Source: Blastocladiella emersonii ATCC 22665
Taxonomy: Eukaryota > Fungi > Blastocladiomycota
Assembly (NCBI GenBank): GCA_025594325.1
Contig: JANHCV010000011.1
Span: forward strand, 1,436,810 to 1,500,809
Reading direction: 5' to 3'
DNA length: 64,000 nt
The translations under genes were made by a program, and so were the position numbers. Shown piece after piece: positions 33,523-46,116 of this stretch. Numbering within the stretch: the stretch's first letter is position 1; every line of letters starts with the position of its first letter. The notes below the pieces were generated by a model. That model saw only the letters and a list, made by a program, of their open reading frames with translations. It was not told the origin of the DNA and did no database searches.

Positions 33523-36500
33523 ATGGAACTGCCGACGATGCCGCCGGCCTGGCTTGTTCGGCCGCATCCTCGCTCTGCCGCCCCTCTCCCGGCGCTGCCC
33601 GGCCCCGCCCTGCTGCTCCCACGCTCCCCGCCGCCGCCCTCGCTCTCTCCACCGCCGTCGCCCACCACCACCGCTGCTGCGCCGCTACACTCGCCGCGAT
33701 CGCACCGCTACGCATCAACACGCTCTTCCACGCCCACGGCTCCCGCGTCGGCTTCGGCTTCCTCCCCGGCCCCGGTCCTCGCCCCACCGCTCTCGCCGCC
33801 GCAGCGCGCCGTGGTCGTCGACTCGCACCGCCTCGCTCCCGCCGCCCTCGCTCGCGCCGCGGACTCGCCGTTGCCGGCGTCACTCTCGGCATCCGCCCCG
33901 GCCCGCCTTCCTGTCGCCGCTCCATCCCCTGCCGCGGCCCATGCGACCTCGGACCCGCTCGCCGTACAAGCAGCCGACCCTCGTGCCCCCGAACGTGCGC
34001 CCGCCGCCCCGCCCATGTCGCCACCTCCGCCCCCACCCGCAACTGCGACTGCGACCGCCGCCGCCGACAAGCACCGCCGCCGCGCCTCGACGCTCGCCCG
34101 CTCCGTCGCTGCAAAGGGCCCGCTGCCCGACCTGCCGCCCGCAACGCAGCGCGCACCCTCGGCGGCCATGACGCTGCCGCGCATCGACACCTCGTCCAAG
34201 CGCGTCCGCGCCGCCGCCAGGACAAAGTCGTCGCCGCTGCCGCCCTCGCCCTCCTCGCCCGCCGTCGCCTCGCCCGCCTCGTCGCACGCCACCACCACCT
34301 CCGGCCTCCGCGCGACGCCCGCCTCGCTCCTCGACCGCGACCGCGACCGCGACCGCGACTCGGCCCGCGACGGCCTCTCCAAGCTCGCCTACGCCGTCCA
34401 CGAGCTCGTCTGCGGCGAGCAGGACTACGCCACTGCCCTCGCGGCCCTCGCGACTGTACGATCGCCTTCCATCAACAACCCCTGCGGCTGATCGGAACTG
34501 ACCCTTCCGTTCCGCACCCGTAGACGCTCCCCGCCTTCCTCGCCCCGCCCGGGCCCGACGGCGACGACGACGCGACCGTCGACCCCTCGGACGCCGTGCT
34601 GCTCGTCCGCTCCTTGCCCGACCTCGCCCGCCGCCACCGCCGGCTCGCTCGCGCCCTCGCCGCGTCGTCGGCCCTCCCGGCTTCGCCCTCCGACGATGCC
34701 CTCGAGTCCAACCCCGTCGGCGCCGCCTACGCTGCCGCCCTCGCCTTCCTCGACGTCATGGAGGACCCGGGCGCCGTCGCCAGCTACGCCGAGTACTGCG
34801 CCCCGCACGCCGCCGCCCTCGCCGCCTGGCGCAAGCGCGTCGTCGTCCCCGAGTCGGCCGTCACCCAGCGCTTCCTCACCCCGCTCCTCGCCGCCGCCAC
34901 CGCACCCGCCAACCTGCCGCCGCCCTGCCACCTCGACGGCTGCGGCCGCGACCGCGCTGCCGGCCCGCTCGACCGCTCCTCGCCCGAGAGCGTCCTCGCC
35001 CTCCCCGTCCAGCGCCTCACCCGCTACCCGCTGCTCCTCAACTCCATTGCCCGCCATCTCGCCGCCGCCCTGCACGGCGCCCACTCGGCCGCGGGCGATG
35101 CCGTCGATCGCGCGCTCCGCCTCGCCCGCCACCTCGCCTCCACCGTCGACACCCTGCGCGACGCCTACGAGCAGCGCACTCGCGCTCAGGCCTTTTGGGC
35201 CTCCGCCACCCTGCCCTCGGTGCCGTCCGCCACCGACGACTCGCTCCCGCGCTCCCGCTCCTCGCGCAAGTCGCTCGTCCAGGGCACCGCCCAGGTCCCG
35301 CCCGCTGCCGCTGCCGCTGCGTACGCCTGGGCCGCCACCGTGCCCGCCGTCAACGCATCGCTGACACGGCACCTTCTCGACCTCGACGATCCCGCCATGG
35401 CGTCCACGGTGCTAGACCCGTCGGCGTACCTCTCTGGCGCCACGGACGCCGCGGTTCCCGAGCACCGCGACCAGCTCGCCCGCCTCGCCGCCTCCATGCG
35501 TGCCACCTCCGACGCCAGCGTCCAGGCCTGGTGGCGCCACGTCCTCGCCATGGCGTCCGCGTCGCGCGCCACCGCAGACGGGCTCGACGACGGCATCGTG
35601 TTCTCCGTCCCACGCTCCGCCGGACCGGAGCCCGATGCGCTGCCTGATGGCCTGTCGCTGCGCCTCGCCTCGGGTCTGGCCGTGGAAGGGCTCGCCACCG
35701 TCGTCCTGCGCCCGTCGAGCGCAGGGTTAGCTACCCCGCCCGCGTCGCCGCTCGACATGCCTGCTCTCGAGAGCCGCCGTGGGTCCGGTAGCGGCGGCAT
35801 CGGGCGCCGCGCCTCGCTCTACCTCTTTGGCAGCTCACCCTCTTCATCGCCGACTGCTGCTTCGCCGTCGTCGCCGAGACAGCTGGCCGCTGACGTACCT
35901 ACGCCCACGCGCCGCTCGCGCCGGTCTCTCTCCCAGCCGCCGCGACCGACCTCCTCCTCGTCGTCGTTCAAGGTGTCCACCTCGTCGGCCTCGCTCAACT
36001 CGCTCAACGGCTGCACCTGCGACCGCGACGACGCCCCCGAGGTGCCCCCGCTCCCGCTGCCCTCGTCGATCCTCCACTTCCCCGACCTCGCCCTCGCCGC
36101 CCCCGCCGAATTGCTACCTTTCTCCATCCCCTACTCCGAATCCCCCTCGGGCACAATCGACAGCCGCACCAGCGCCGACTCGGGCATCGCGCGCTCCGTG
36201 AGCCTGTCCACCGGCACCCTCGCCACGTCGACCACGGTCCCCATGGGCCCCGTGCACGTCGGCATGTTCCTCTTCTCGGACGGCTGCCTCGTCGCCGCCA
36301 CGCCCTCGCCTCCTCCCTCGCGAGGGAGCGCGGGCGACCAGGACCCGAAGCCCGTCGTCCGGTTCGCGTGGGACCTGCGCCAGGACAACTGGCAGGTCCA
36401 CGAGCTCATCACGCACCCTGACGCGTCCGCGTCCGGAAGCCCGTTCGGCGACGATCTCGCGGGCGACCCGACGTCCGCCGGCGTGACCCGGTGGGGCCTC

Positions 36501-38627
36501 CGCCTCGCGTCGCCGACGGCCCACATCGACCTGTACGCGCGCACCCAGCGCACGCGTAACGCCTGGATGGCCGCGTTGTACGAGACCATCCACCACGGAC
36601 AGCCGCCCACCGTTTTCCCGGCCGGCGTCGCGTCCGCCGCGACGGGCTCGCGCGGAACCGCGACCCCGCACACGACGCCGCGCACCTCGCCCGCTGTCTC
36701 CCCGGCATCGCACCCGAAGCCCGTCGCCGGCTCGGCACTGCACTCGCCCAAGATGGCGCCGCTCGAGCTCCCGTCGTCGACGTGGGACGCGGCGCACGCA
36801 TCGCCACCGAGCGGTCCCGCGTGGCCGACGCCCACGTTCCTCGAGATCCCGCTCGTCATGCCCACTCTCCCCGATGCGCTGGTTCCCGCGAGCTCCACGT
36901 CGCTGCACCGCGTCCCGAGCAGCGGCGACGAGCACGACGACGACCATCCGCACGCGGCGGCGCTGCAGGTCCCGTGGACGCTCCCGCGCGCCGCCAAGCT
37001 CGCGGCCGAGGGCGCCTCTGCCACTTCGGCAACCAGCAAGCGGTCCAGCCGCGTCTGGCACGGGATCACCAAGCGCGCGACGCAAGTCGTCTCCACGTCC
37101 TCGCGCCGCACCGCCGCCGCTGCGGCCAGCGCGCGGACCGCGGCAGCTGCGACGGCAGCCGCCATGGCGGCCGTTGACGTCGCGTTCGCCGACCTGTTCT
37201 CCTACATTCCCCGTGATACGGCGACGATTACGGCTGCCGCCTCGGCCAAGCCCGTCGCAGCAACTGCGGGCGTCTCGGCGCTCGACGAGTGGGAGCTCGC
37301 GGGCGGACTCGAGCCGACCGAGAACGGGCTCACGTACACGACGGCCAACATTTCGTCCGCGTCGGCGGCGCCCGCGGCCGAGGATGCGCCCGCCGTCGTC
37401 TCGGTCGGGCGCCGGATCCACGACGACGTCTGCGACGCGGCCGGCAAGGTGTGCGCCGGCGGTGGGAGCGGCGGCTCGGGGTCCGGGTCCGACAACGAGA
37501 GCATGATCGCGAGCGTCGGTCCCTCAGACGTTGGCGCGCGCAACGAGGCACCGGTGCTGCCGTCATCGCGGATCCTCGACCCGCCCGTGCGCGGTGACTC
37601 GTTCCGGCCCCTCAGTGGCGTGTACTCGGACTTTGGCCCGATCCCGGTGACCAAGCGGTCGTCGTCGCTCTACTACGCGACGCCGGCCTCGCGCTCTGAC
37701 GTGTCCGAGGGCGCAGCCACGGCACCGCCCGTCCCAAGCACGGGGAACGCGCCGCATGGCACGCTGCTGCAGCGCACGCCGAGCGGACGCATCCGCACGG
37801 GCCGTGTCCCGCACCGTACTGTGTCGCGGCGCCCGCTCGGGGCCACGCGGCCGTCGCCAAGCCCGCTCCGCATCCCGCCGCGCCGCGAGTCGCTGCGGCC
37901 AGCCAACTCGGTCACGCTCACCCGCAGCGCGAACGAACCGCCGTCGCCTCCGCCGCCCGCCTTTTTCCCGCCCCCGGCGTCGCCGTCGGCCAACCGCACG
38001 CTGCGCCGCACGTCGATCGCGTCGCTCGCGGGCGTGTCCCCGCCGCCGTCGCCGTCGCTGATCCCGATCTCGAGCGGGTTTGCGACTGCGCCGGTGCCCG
38101 AGGCCATTCTGTCGTCGTGGACTTCGGTCGACAGTGACGACCACGAGGACGACGAGGACGCGACCTCGGCGCTCGCCCCGCTCGGCATGGCCGCGGCCCG
38201 GTCGTCCAGCTTCCTCCCGTCGTCGACCGTGTCCGCGAGCAAGCGCGCCGCCGCCACCATCGAGGCCGCGTCGCCCGCGGCATCGACCACGCCCGCGCTA
38301 GCGCATCGCGCGAGCTGGTTTTCGCCAGCCGACTTTGGCGGCACCGCCGGGTCAGCGTCGCCGCTGCTCCCGCCCAAGCCAGCACCAGGGTCGATGGCCA
38401 AGGCCGCCAAGACGCGGCAGCGGCCAGCGTCCGTCATGGGCCCCACGCCCACGGCGCCGGTGGCGCAGGCTTCGTCTTCGTCCTCCTCGTCGGTGCGCGG
38501 GTGGATGTGGAAGAACATGGTCACGCGGTGGAAGACGACAGCCGCGACCTCGGGAGCCGCGGGAGCGAGTCCTGCTGGCGGGACTCGCGCGGCGGTCGCG
38601 GCCGGCGCAGCAGCGCCGAACCAGTGA
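33523..38627 (+). CDS. Rho guanine nucleotide exchange factor (DH-PH) with long Pro/Ser-rich flanks
   Basis: HELVCGEQDY, YAEYC, LALPVQRLTRYPLLL (DH); MFLFSDGCLVA and RNAWMAAL (PH). Intron about 34455-34523. Confidence 0.85.
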
Positions 38628-38891
38628 CCAGAGTCGAGACTTACGAGAGATGGAAAGTTGTGCTACACTGAAATCATATATAAACCTGGGTTGTGATTCA
38701 TCCGTGCTTTGTGGAGAGGCGAGGAGTGGAGAGGCGAGCGCCGAGGCGCGTGTCGGCCAAGGTGAAGAAGCGCGTGGTCCCTTCGACCGCTTCGGCCGAC
38801 TTCTTCGCCGACCATCCACGCTCCCCTCGCAACCCAACACCTACCTCGCTGCAACGTATCAACCCGCCACCGACTCGGTGCATCCGCTGCC

Positions 38892-40740
38892 ATGGGATCC
38901 TCGGACGAAAAGTCCGCCTCGCGCCGCGCCCGCCGCGAGCGCTCGCGGTCGAGAAGCCCGGCGGCCGACCGGCACCGCAGCGGCAGCAAGCGCGAGCGCC
39001 GCGACCGGTCCCGCAGCCGTGACCGCGGCAGCGACCGGAGAAGCAGCCGCAAGCACCGCGACGACGATGATGACCGGAGGAGCAGTAAGCGGAGACACCG
39101 CTCGCGGTCCCGCTCGCCCGCCGCCAAGGCGTCGTCGAAGCGCCGCCGCGACCGCTCGCGCTCCCCGCCGGTGGCAGCTGCGCCCGTGGTCCCGCCGGTC
39201 GCCAAGTTCGGCGACCCCGTGTCCGAGTTCCTCATCGGCGACGACACGGGCCGCGCGCAGGACGACACGCCCTTCGTGTGGGAGAAGAAGAAGAAGCGCG
39301 ACCGCAAGCTCGGCCGTGCCGAGGAGGAGGACCGTGTCGATCCCTCCCAGCTTCGGGTACACATCCCCCGCTCCGTGCGCGACGAGATCCGACCGAGCGT
39401 TGAACTCACACGACCCGCCACGCCGTAACTAGTCCGAGATCGACCTGCTCCAGCGCCGCCGCGAGGAGCGCGAGGAGGAGCGGCGTCTCCGCGAGGAGGA
39501 GCGCGTCCAGGCGCAGCGCGAGGCGGACCGCGCGCAGTTTGGCGACTGGGAGTCGCGCGAGGACGAGTTCCAGCTGCAGCAGGCCCGCCTGCGCGCGCAG
39601 ATCCGCGTCAAGGAGGGCCGCCCGCTGCCCGTCGACCTGCTCGCCCTCTCGCTGCAGGTCCTCGCCGACCCGCAGCTGCTCGCCGACCGCGACATCCACA
39701 TCGACTCGCGCGAGCCGTACCGCCTGCTCGAGCGGCTCGACGCCGCCGACCTCCGGTCCGTCGCCCGCGACATCGAAATGTACCTGTGGCTCGAGCAGGA
39801 CCGCGACAACCAGCGGTTCTGGCAGTGCCTCCGCCGCGTGTGCGCGCACGCCGGCGAGCGCGCCGCGGCCGCGTCCTCGGGCGCTACGGACCGCCGCGTG
39901 TCGCCCGCCGTGTACGCCGAGATCCAGACGCTGCTGCACAACAAGTCCATGGACCAGCTCGTGGCCCTCGAAAAGTCGATCCGCGGCAAGCTCGACGCGG
40001 CGCACGCCGAGCCCATCGACGTCGAGTACTGGGAGGCCATGCTTGACTCGGTCCAGGTGTGGCAGGCCAAGGCGCAGCTCCGCGACTACCACTGCCGCCT
40101 GCTCGACATCCAGGCCCAGTTCTACGCCGACCGCCGCCAGGCGCGCCGCGAGCAGCAGCTCGAGGCCGAGGAGGAGAAGGCGGCTGCTGCGGCCGCTGCG
40201 CAGACCGACGCCGACGAGGCGCTCGGCGGCGGCAAGGGCGACCTCACGGTCGAGCAGCTCGAGCGCGCCGAGCCGGCACTCAGCGCGGCCGAGCAGGCCG
40301 AACAGGCCGAGCACGCGGCGCGCGAGGTGGCGGACGCGGACGCGGCCAAGGAGTACTCGTGGGCGTACAAGTACCGGCCACGCAAGCCAAAGTACGTGAA
40401 CCGCGTCAACACCGGGTACGAGTGGAACAAGTACAACAAGACGCACTACGACGCCGACAACCCGCCGCCCAAGGTGGTGCAGGGCTACAAGTTCAACGTC
40501 TTCTACCCGGACCTGCTCGACCGGTCCAAGGCGCCCACGTTCAAGATCCTGCCCAAGCCCGACGGGTCCAAGGACACGGTCATCCTCAAGTTCATTGCCG
40601 GCCCGCCCTACGAGGACATTGCCTTCGAGATCATCAACAAGGAGTGGGAGTACTCGCACCGCCGCGGGTTCCGCTGCGTCTTTGACCGCGGCGTGCTCCA
40701 GCTGCACTTCCAGTTCAAGCGATTCTTCTACCGTAAGTAG
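38892..40740 (+). CDS. CACTIN: Cactin (spliceosome-associated)
   Basis: RS-rich N-terminus, FVWEKK, EDEFQLQQARLRAQIRVKEGR, RKPKYVNRVNTGYEWNKYNKTHYDADNPPPKVVQGYKFNVFYPDL. Intron 39357-39432. Confidence 0.96.
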
Positions 40741-40874
40741 CCGGAATATATGCTTCTTTTGCGGGCACCGAGTGTGATGTGCGGGTCAATGGGGTGGCGC
40801 GTACGGTCAAAACGCGAGGTCGCGGTCGCGGCCGGTCCCCGCTCCCCCTCGACTCCGATGCAATCACCACGAAC

Positions 40875-42024
40875 ATGAAGCACCTGCTGTACCCGAGCTA
40901 CTTCATCACGGGCGCGTCGTCCGGGATCGGCCGGTCCCTCGCGCTCGAGCTTGCGCGCCGTGCAGCCAAGGCGCGGGCTCCACTCGCCCTCGCCCTCGTT
41001 GCGCGCCGCGAACCGCTGCTCGAGCAGGTCCGCGACGACGTCCTCGCCATCTATCCCGAAGCCGCCGTCAAGGTACCTTCACGCTGGACTTCGCCGAAGA
41101 TCGCGCCGGGCCCAACGTGCTCCCGCACCTCGTAGGTCCAGGTGCTGGACATCAACGCGCCGTTCGCCGAGCTCAAGGCGGCGGTCGAGGCGTGCCACGC
41201 GGCGCTCGGCAACCTCCACTGCTTCGTGATCAACGCGGGGATCTACAGTGCGTCACCGCGAGTCTCGCTTGGGTCTACGACTGACGTGCACACGACGCCG
41301 GTCTAGACCCGCCACGGCCGATAGGCAGCACCGAGGTCGACTACGAGGCGGACCGACGGATTGCCATGACCAACTGTACGTCTCGCCATTCGCGACATGA
41401 ACGAGTCAACTTGGGACTAACGCCAGCGCGTAGTTGTCGCCACCACGGCGTGCGTCGAGGCGGCCGTGCAGTACATCCGCGCGCACCGCGTGCACGAGAC
41501 CAAGGAGCAGGCTCACATCGTCGGCATCGCGTCCATGTCGTCGACGCAGCCGATGCCGTATATTGCCATGTACAGCGCGGCCAAGGGTACGTCGGGAATG
41601 TCCCGAAACTGATGTGAATCTCAACGACGGTCGACGTGTAGCTGGCCTCGTGCAGTACCTCGACTCGCTGCGCATCGAGGTGCGCGGGCAAGAGATCACC
41701 GTCACGACGATCCTGCCGGTACGCGAGCTCACCGCGTCCACCGACCGACGCAGTCGCTCATCGCAATGCATGCTGTAGGGCTTCATCGAGACGCAGATGA
41801 TCGACTGGATGAGCTCGCGCCCGTTCTCGTGCTCGAGCGAGCGGTGCGCGGCCCTGATCGCCGACCGGGTCGCGGCGCGCACCAACGGGCGGGCGGCGGT
41901 GCCGTGGTTCCCGTGGGCGCTGATCGCGGCGCTCGCTTGGCTGCTGCCCGACTGGCTGCTGCACTGGAACGCGCAGCGCATGATGGCCGTGAAGCCGGGC
42001 CTGGTCAAGGCGCCCGCGGAGTGA
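40875..42024 (+). CDS. Short-chain dehydrogenase/reductase, paralog A
   Basis: ITGASSGIG, VINAGI, YSAAK (YxxxK), LPGFIET; about five introns. Confidence 0.88.
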
Positions 42025-42039
42025 GGTGTGAGAGGATGT

Positions 42040-42145
42040 GGCGCAACGCGTCGCGTTTTGTGTTGCGGCGCCGAGTTGACGCAGGCCGCGGCTGAACATG
42101 CTCGTTCACTGCGGTGCTTTGGTCTCTCACTCGTCCCTCAGCGTA
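42040..42145 (+). repeat. Direct repeat copy A flanking the JmjC gene
   Basis: Aligns with 44936-45050, including identical ccgcggctgaacatg and acgcgtcgcgt blocks. Confidence 0.8.
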
Positions 42146-42428
42146 TACCGATACCGCGCGTGGGCGAGACCACGGCCAGGTTGCGCGCGAGGGCAGCGGG
42201 CTTGTTGGTGGCCAAGTTGATAAAGTGCCGCTGCTGCTGCTCGCCCTCAGCGTCGCCCTTGAGCACGCGACGTGAAGACGCGACGACGGGTTGTGGCCGC
42301 GTCACGCTTCTCATCACCGAGCCTCATATCCCGTCCTGGTTTCGCAGGAGGGCGCGAGAGTGGGAGACCGGATGAGAATCATACTGTAAAGAGGAATACG
42401 AGATCACCGACTGCGACTGCGACTGCGA

Positions 42429-44487
42429 CTACGGCGACGGCTTGTCAACGAGCTGGATCACGGCGCGGATCAGCCGCTCTCGGGCGGCCTCCAGGTTGGC
42501 CTTGCGCAAACTGTTTGGCGCCGAGGGTACCATACTGCGGTCGCCGAGGAACCACTGGGCGTCGTTGAGCATGGCCTGCAGATCCTTCGGCGCCTTGAGC
42601 TTCGTCTGGATCCACTCGAGGCACCACGCGGCGAAGCGCTGCTTCCCGGCCTGCTCGGCCGCCGTCAGCTTGTCCGCCTCGGCGGCGCGCAGCACCGCGG
42701 TCACGGCCACCGCGGGGAACGCCGGCAGCGTGAAGGCCTTGGTGCTGTACACGGCCGTCTCGAAATCTACCACGGCAATGTGCACCGCGGCCCACGCGAA
42801 CGTGAGGAAGTTGCCAGCGATCACAATCGAGTCGTCCGGCGTGTACACGGCGTGCAGCAGGCCCGGCGGCAGGAACGCCGTCTCGCCAGCGTTCACCTCG
42901 ATCTGGACGATACCCTCGAGCTCATCGAGCGCGTCGATGCCCGTGCGCCCGTCGTGCTCCTTGTCGTGGTACCACTCGAGGTTCTTCTTGGTTGGCGGCG
43001 CGGCGAGGAACACCTTGCGGCCGCGCACCACGTGGTAGTACACGGCCGTCCCGGCGAAATCGACGTGCCAGTCGGTCCAGCACTCGGCGGTCGACAGCAG
43101 GGCGTACGCGTCGATGCGCGAGTGGTGCTCGAGCGTTGGCCAGTAGTCCGCGAGCGACGCGGCGCGCACCGCGCGCGGGACGAAACGCTCGGCGTCGAAC
43201 TCCTCGAACACGCTCGCGAGCGCGAGGTCGAGCTGGCTCGCCGGGCGCAGGCGTAGCGTGTAGCTGAGCTAGCGCGTCAGCGCGCTCCACGGGTGCTTGG
43301 TGGCGACCGACGTGTACCCGTCAATGACGTTGATGCGAAACTCTGGTTCTTTGGACGCGATCTCGATCTCCTGGAACAGGTCCGTTTCGGTGAGCGTGGA
43401 CGGGAAGCCCATGCCGAGCTCGCTGGGCGTAGCGCGAACGAGGAACGGGTACTCCCACGACGGCGCCGATGGCGACGGGTACAGACCGCGAAGTCGCGCC
43501 TCGACCTCGGCCACGGGGACGAGCGGGACTTGTTGAGCGGTTGCGCGGGCGGCCGCCCTGAGGAGGACGGGGACGTGGTTGCGCGCCGCGTCCTCGGCCG
43601 TGACCGAGGCGAGAATGGTGTCGAGCTGCTGGCCGCGTTGCTGGTGCAGGAACTGCGCCTCGGCAGCGTACGCGGGCGGAAGACCGGCGGTGGGCAAGCC
43701 GTCCGGCTTGAGGCTCGCGGCGTGGACGGCCGAAGCGGCGTTGATGAGGGCAAGGGCAAACCGATGCTGCTGGGACAGGTTGATGATGATCGTGGCCGCC
43801 GCCGCGGCGCTGTCGGCCTCGGCGTCGTCTTGGGCGTAGGCATCGAGCTCCACCACGTTGGTGGCCGAGTCGGCGAGATGATCAACCAGGTGGATCGCGA
43901 TCGCGACGGCAAAGGCACGCGCGCGGCAGCTGGCCATGTGCTCGGAATCGACGGCAGGGTCGAGCGTAGCGGCAAACTTGGTCACGACGTCGGCGAGGTA
44001 CGTGGGCTTGGCCGCGGGCACGGCTACGTGGATGGCCGCACTCGCGCCAGAAGGCGAGGAGCTGGTGCCGGTCTGCGCCGTGGGCGCCTCGGCAGCCCGG
44101 TTGGCCTCCTGCTTGAACTGTTTGGTCTCGGTAAAGAGCCGATGGACCGTGCCGGGCTCGATGCCAGCGTCGAACGAGGTCCGGTGCCACACGCCGAGGA
44201 ACAGGGCGAGAGCGAGTCGGGCAAGGCGTCTGCCCGCCGAAGCCGCGGCCGCTGCGTCGTTGGCGTCGGCGCGCGCATCCGCGGCGGACTGCATGGGAAG
44301 TTTTGCGGTCGACTTACCGCGGGTCGTCTGGCGACGCGCGGCGCGGTCCTCGCGGTCCTTGCTGCGGTCGCGCGCGCGGCCGTACTGCACAAAGCCCTTC
44401 ATTGTTTTTTTTCGAGCTTGGTGATCAGCACGGGAGGAGCGCGGGCTTCGCCCTCGGTCCAGCGTGCTTCGGCAGGGGAACTGGCGT

Positions 44488-44519
<32 letters not shown>

Positions 44520-44650
44520 CTGGCAGTGGCGGATGCCGTGACGGCGACGGCGGGGCGCGCGTCAAGGGTCGCGGCCCCGCGGCCGCGCTTCCGCCGCTTG
44601 CTCTTGGGGCGATCTGCAGGTGCGGGCTCGATAACGTCGGTGCGCTTCAT
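42429..44650 (-). pseudogene. JmjC histone demethylase-like gene (KDM2/JHD1/PHF8 type) with an in-frame TAG and a homopolymer frameshift
   Basis: TDWHVDFAGTAVYYHVVRGRKVF and LPPGLLHAVYTPDDSIVIAGNFL are intact. In-frame TAG at 43269-43271. An A8 run at 44405-44412 separates the upstream ORF from the main ORF. Confidence 0.75.
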
Positions 44651-44935
44651 GGTATGGGATGCGGTTTCGGGTCGGGGTTGTCTCGGCGGGGTTGGGAGGA
44701 GCGGCGGGTGGGCAGCGGGCAGGGCAGCGGCCGTGGCGGCTGAACGCGTCGCGTCGCTCGCGCTCGCTGACTCACCTCAACCTTGCGGGTGTGTGGTGGT
44801 GGCTGTTGGCGACTGTTCGGCCGCCGCGAGCTGGCCAACTGACGACACAGCCTCAAACGCCTCGAGCGTGAGTCCTGAGTCGCGAGCCGTGGGTCATGAG
44901 CTGAGTGCTGGGTCATGAGGGGGTGGAGGAGGTGA

Positions 44936-45050
44936 GGCGCGACGCGTCGCGTGTTGTGTGGCGGCGCAGGTGGCGGCGCCGATTTCACGCACGCCGCGGC
45001 TGAACATGATCGTCCGCTGCGACGGTATCTCTCTCCATTTCCTCAGCGCA
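44936..45050 (+). repeat. Direct repeat copy B flanking the JmjC gene (upstream region of SDR paralog B)
   Basis: Homologous to 42040-42145 with a short internal duplication. Confidence 0.8.
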
Positions 45051-45091
45051 CGCATCCCTCGGATCGCTCTGAAACTCGCTGCAACAGCATT

Positions 45092-46116
45092 ATGAAGCTA
45101 TACCCGAGCTACCTGATTACGGGCGCGTCGAGCGGCATCGGGCGCGCCCTCGCCCTCGAGCTGGCGCAGCGCGCGGCCAAGCTACGCGCCCCGCTCGCGC
45201 TCGCCCTCACGGCGCGGCGCGTCCCCGTCCTCGAGGAGGTCAAGCGCGACGTCCTCGCCGTGTACCCCGAGGCGCGCGTTCACGTCCAGCGGCTCGACGT
45301 GACCTTGTCGTTTGAGACGATTCGCGCTGCGTACGAGGCGTGCCACGCAGCTCTCGGCGGTGTCAGCGGCATCCACTGCTTTGTCATCAACGCCGGCATC
45401 TCGGGCCGCCCGCGCGCCGTCGGGTCGGACGAGATCGAGTTTGACGCGGACCGCCAGGTGGCCATGACCAACTGTACGTTCGGCGAGCGATGACGATGTC
45501 GCGGAGCGAAGCACTGACCAGCAGCGCTCGCGTCCAGTCGTGGCGGCCATTACCTGCATCGATGCGGCCGTGCGGTACATTCGCGACCACGGCGTGCACC
45601 AGACCCGCGAGCAGGCGCACGTCGTCGGCATCTCGTCGCTCGCGGGCCAGATGCCGCTGCCGTTCAACGCCGTGTACAGCGCGACCAAGGGTGCGCTGTC
45701 GCTCACTCTACGCAGGCCAGCTAGCGTGCGCTCTGACACTGCGCCAACTCCCTGCTGTAGCCGGGCTCGACCAGTACCTGCGGTCGCTCCGCGTCGAGAC
45801 GCGCGGCGAGGGCATCCACGTCTCGACGCTGCAGCCCGGGTTCGTCGACACGCCCATCAACGACTGGATGCTGTCGCGGCCCATGGTGTGCACGGCGGCG
45901 CACTGCGCCGTGGCCATTGCCGACCGCATCGCGGCGCGCACTGCCGAGGCGGCCGTGCCGTGGTGGCCGTGGGCGATCCTCAAGCGGCTCGCGCCCTTCA
46001 TTCCCGACTTTGTGCTGCTCAAGAACGCCAAGGACATGCTGGCCGAGACCAAGGCGCACCCGGGCAGCGTCGGCGGCGGCGGTGTGGGCGGTGTGGGCGG
46101 GTCCAAGGCGGACTAG
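45092..46116 (+). CDS. Short-chain dehydrogenase/reductase, paralog B
   Basis: YPSYLITGASSGIGRALALELA, VINAGISG, YSATK, LQPGFVDTP; clearly paralogous to 40875-42024. Confidence 0.9.

Noticed and set aside
43269-43317. An intron (GTACAC...GCTGAC...CTAG) that would remove the JmjC stop codon
   Set aside because: It is 49 nt long and would shift the frame away from the catalytic domain. In-frame alternatives need atypical donors (GTCGCC or GTCATT), and the longer one deletes the conserved VID segment. RNA-seq could still overturn this.
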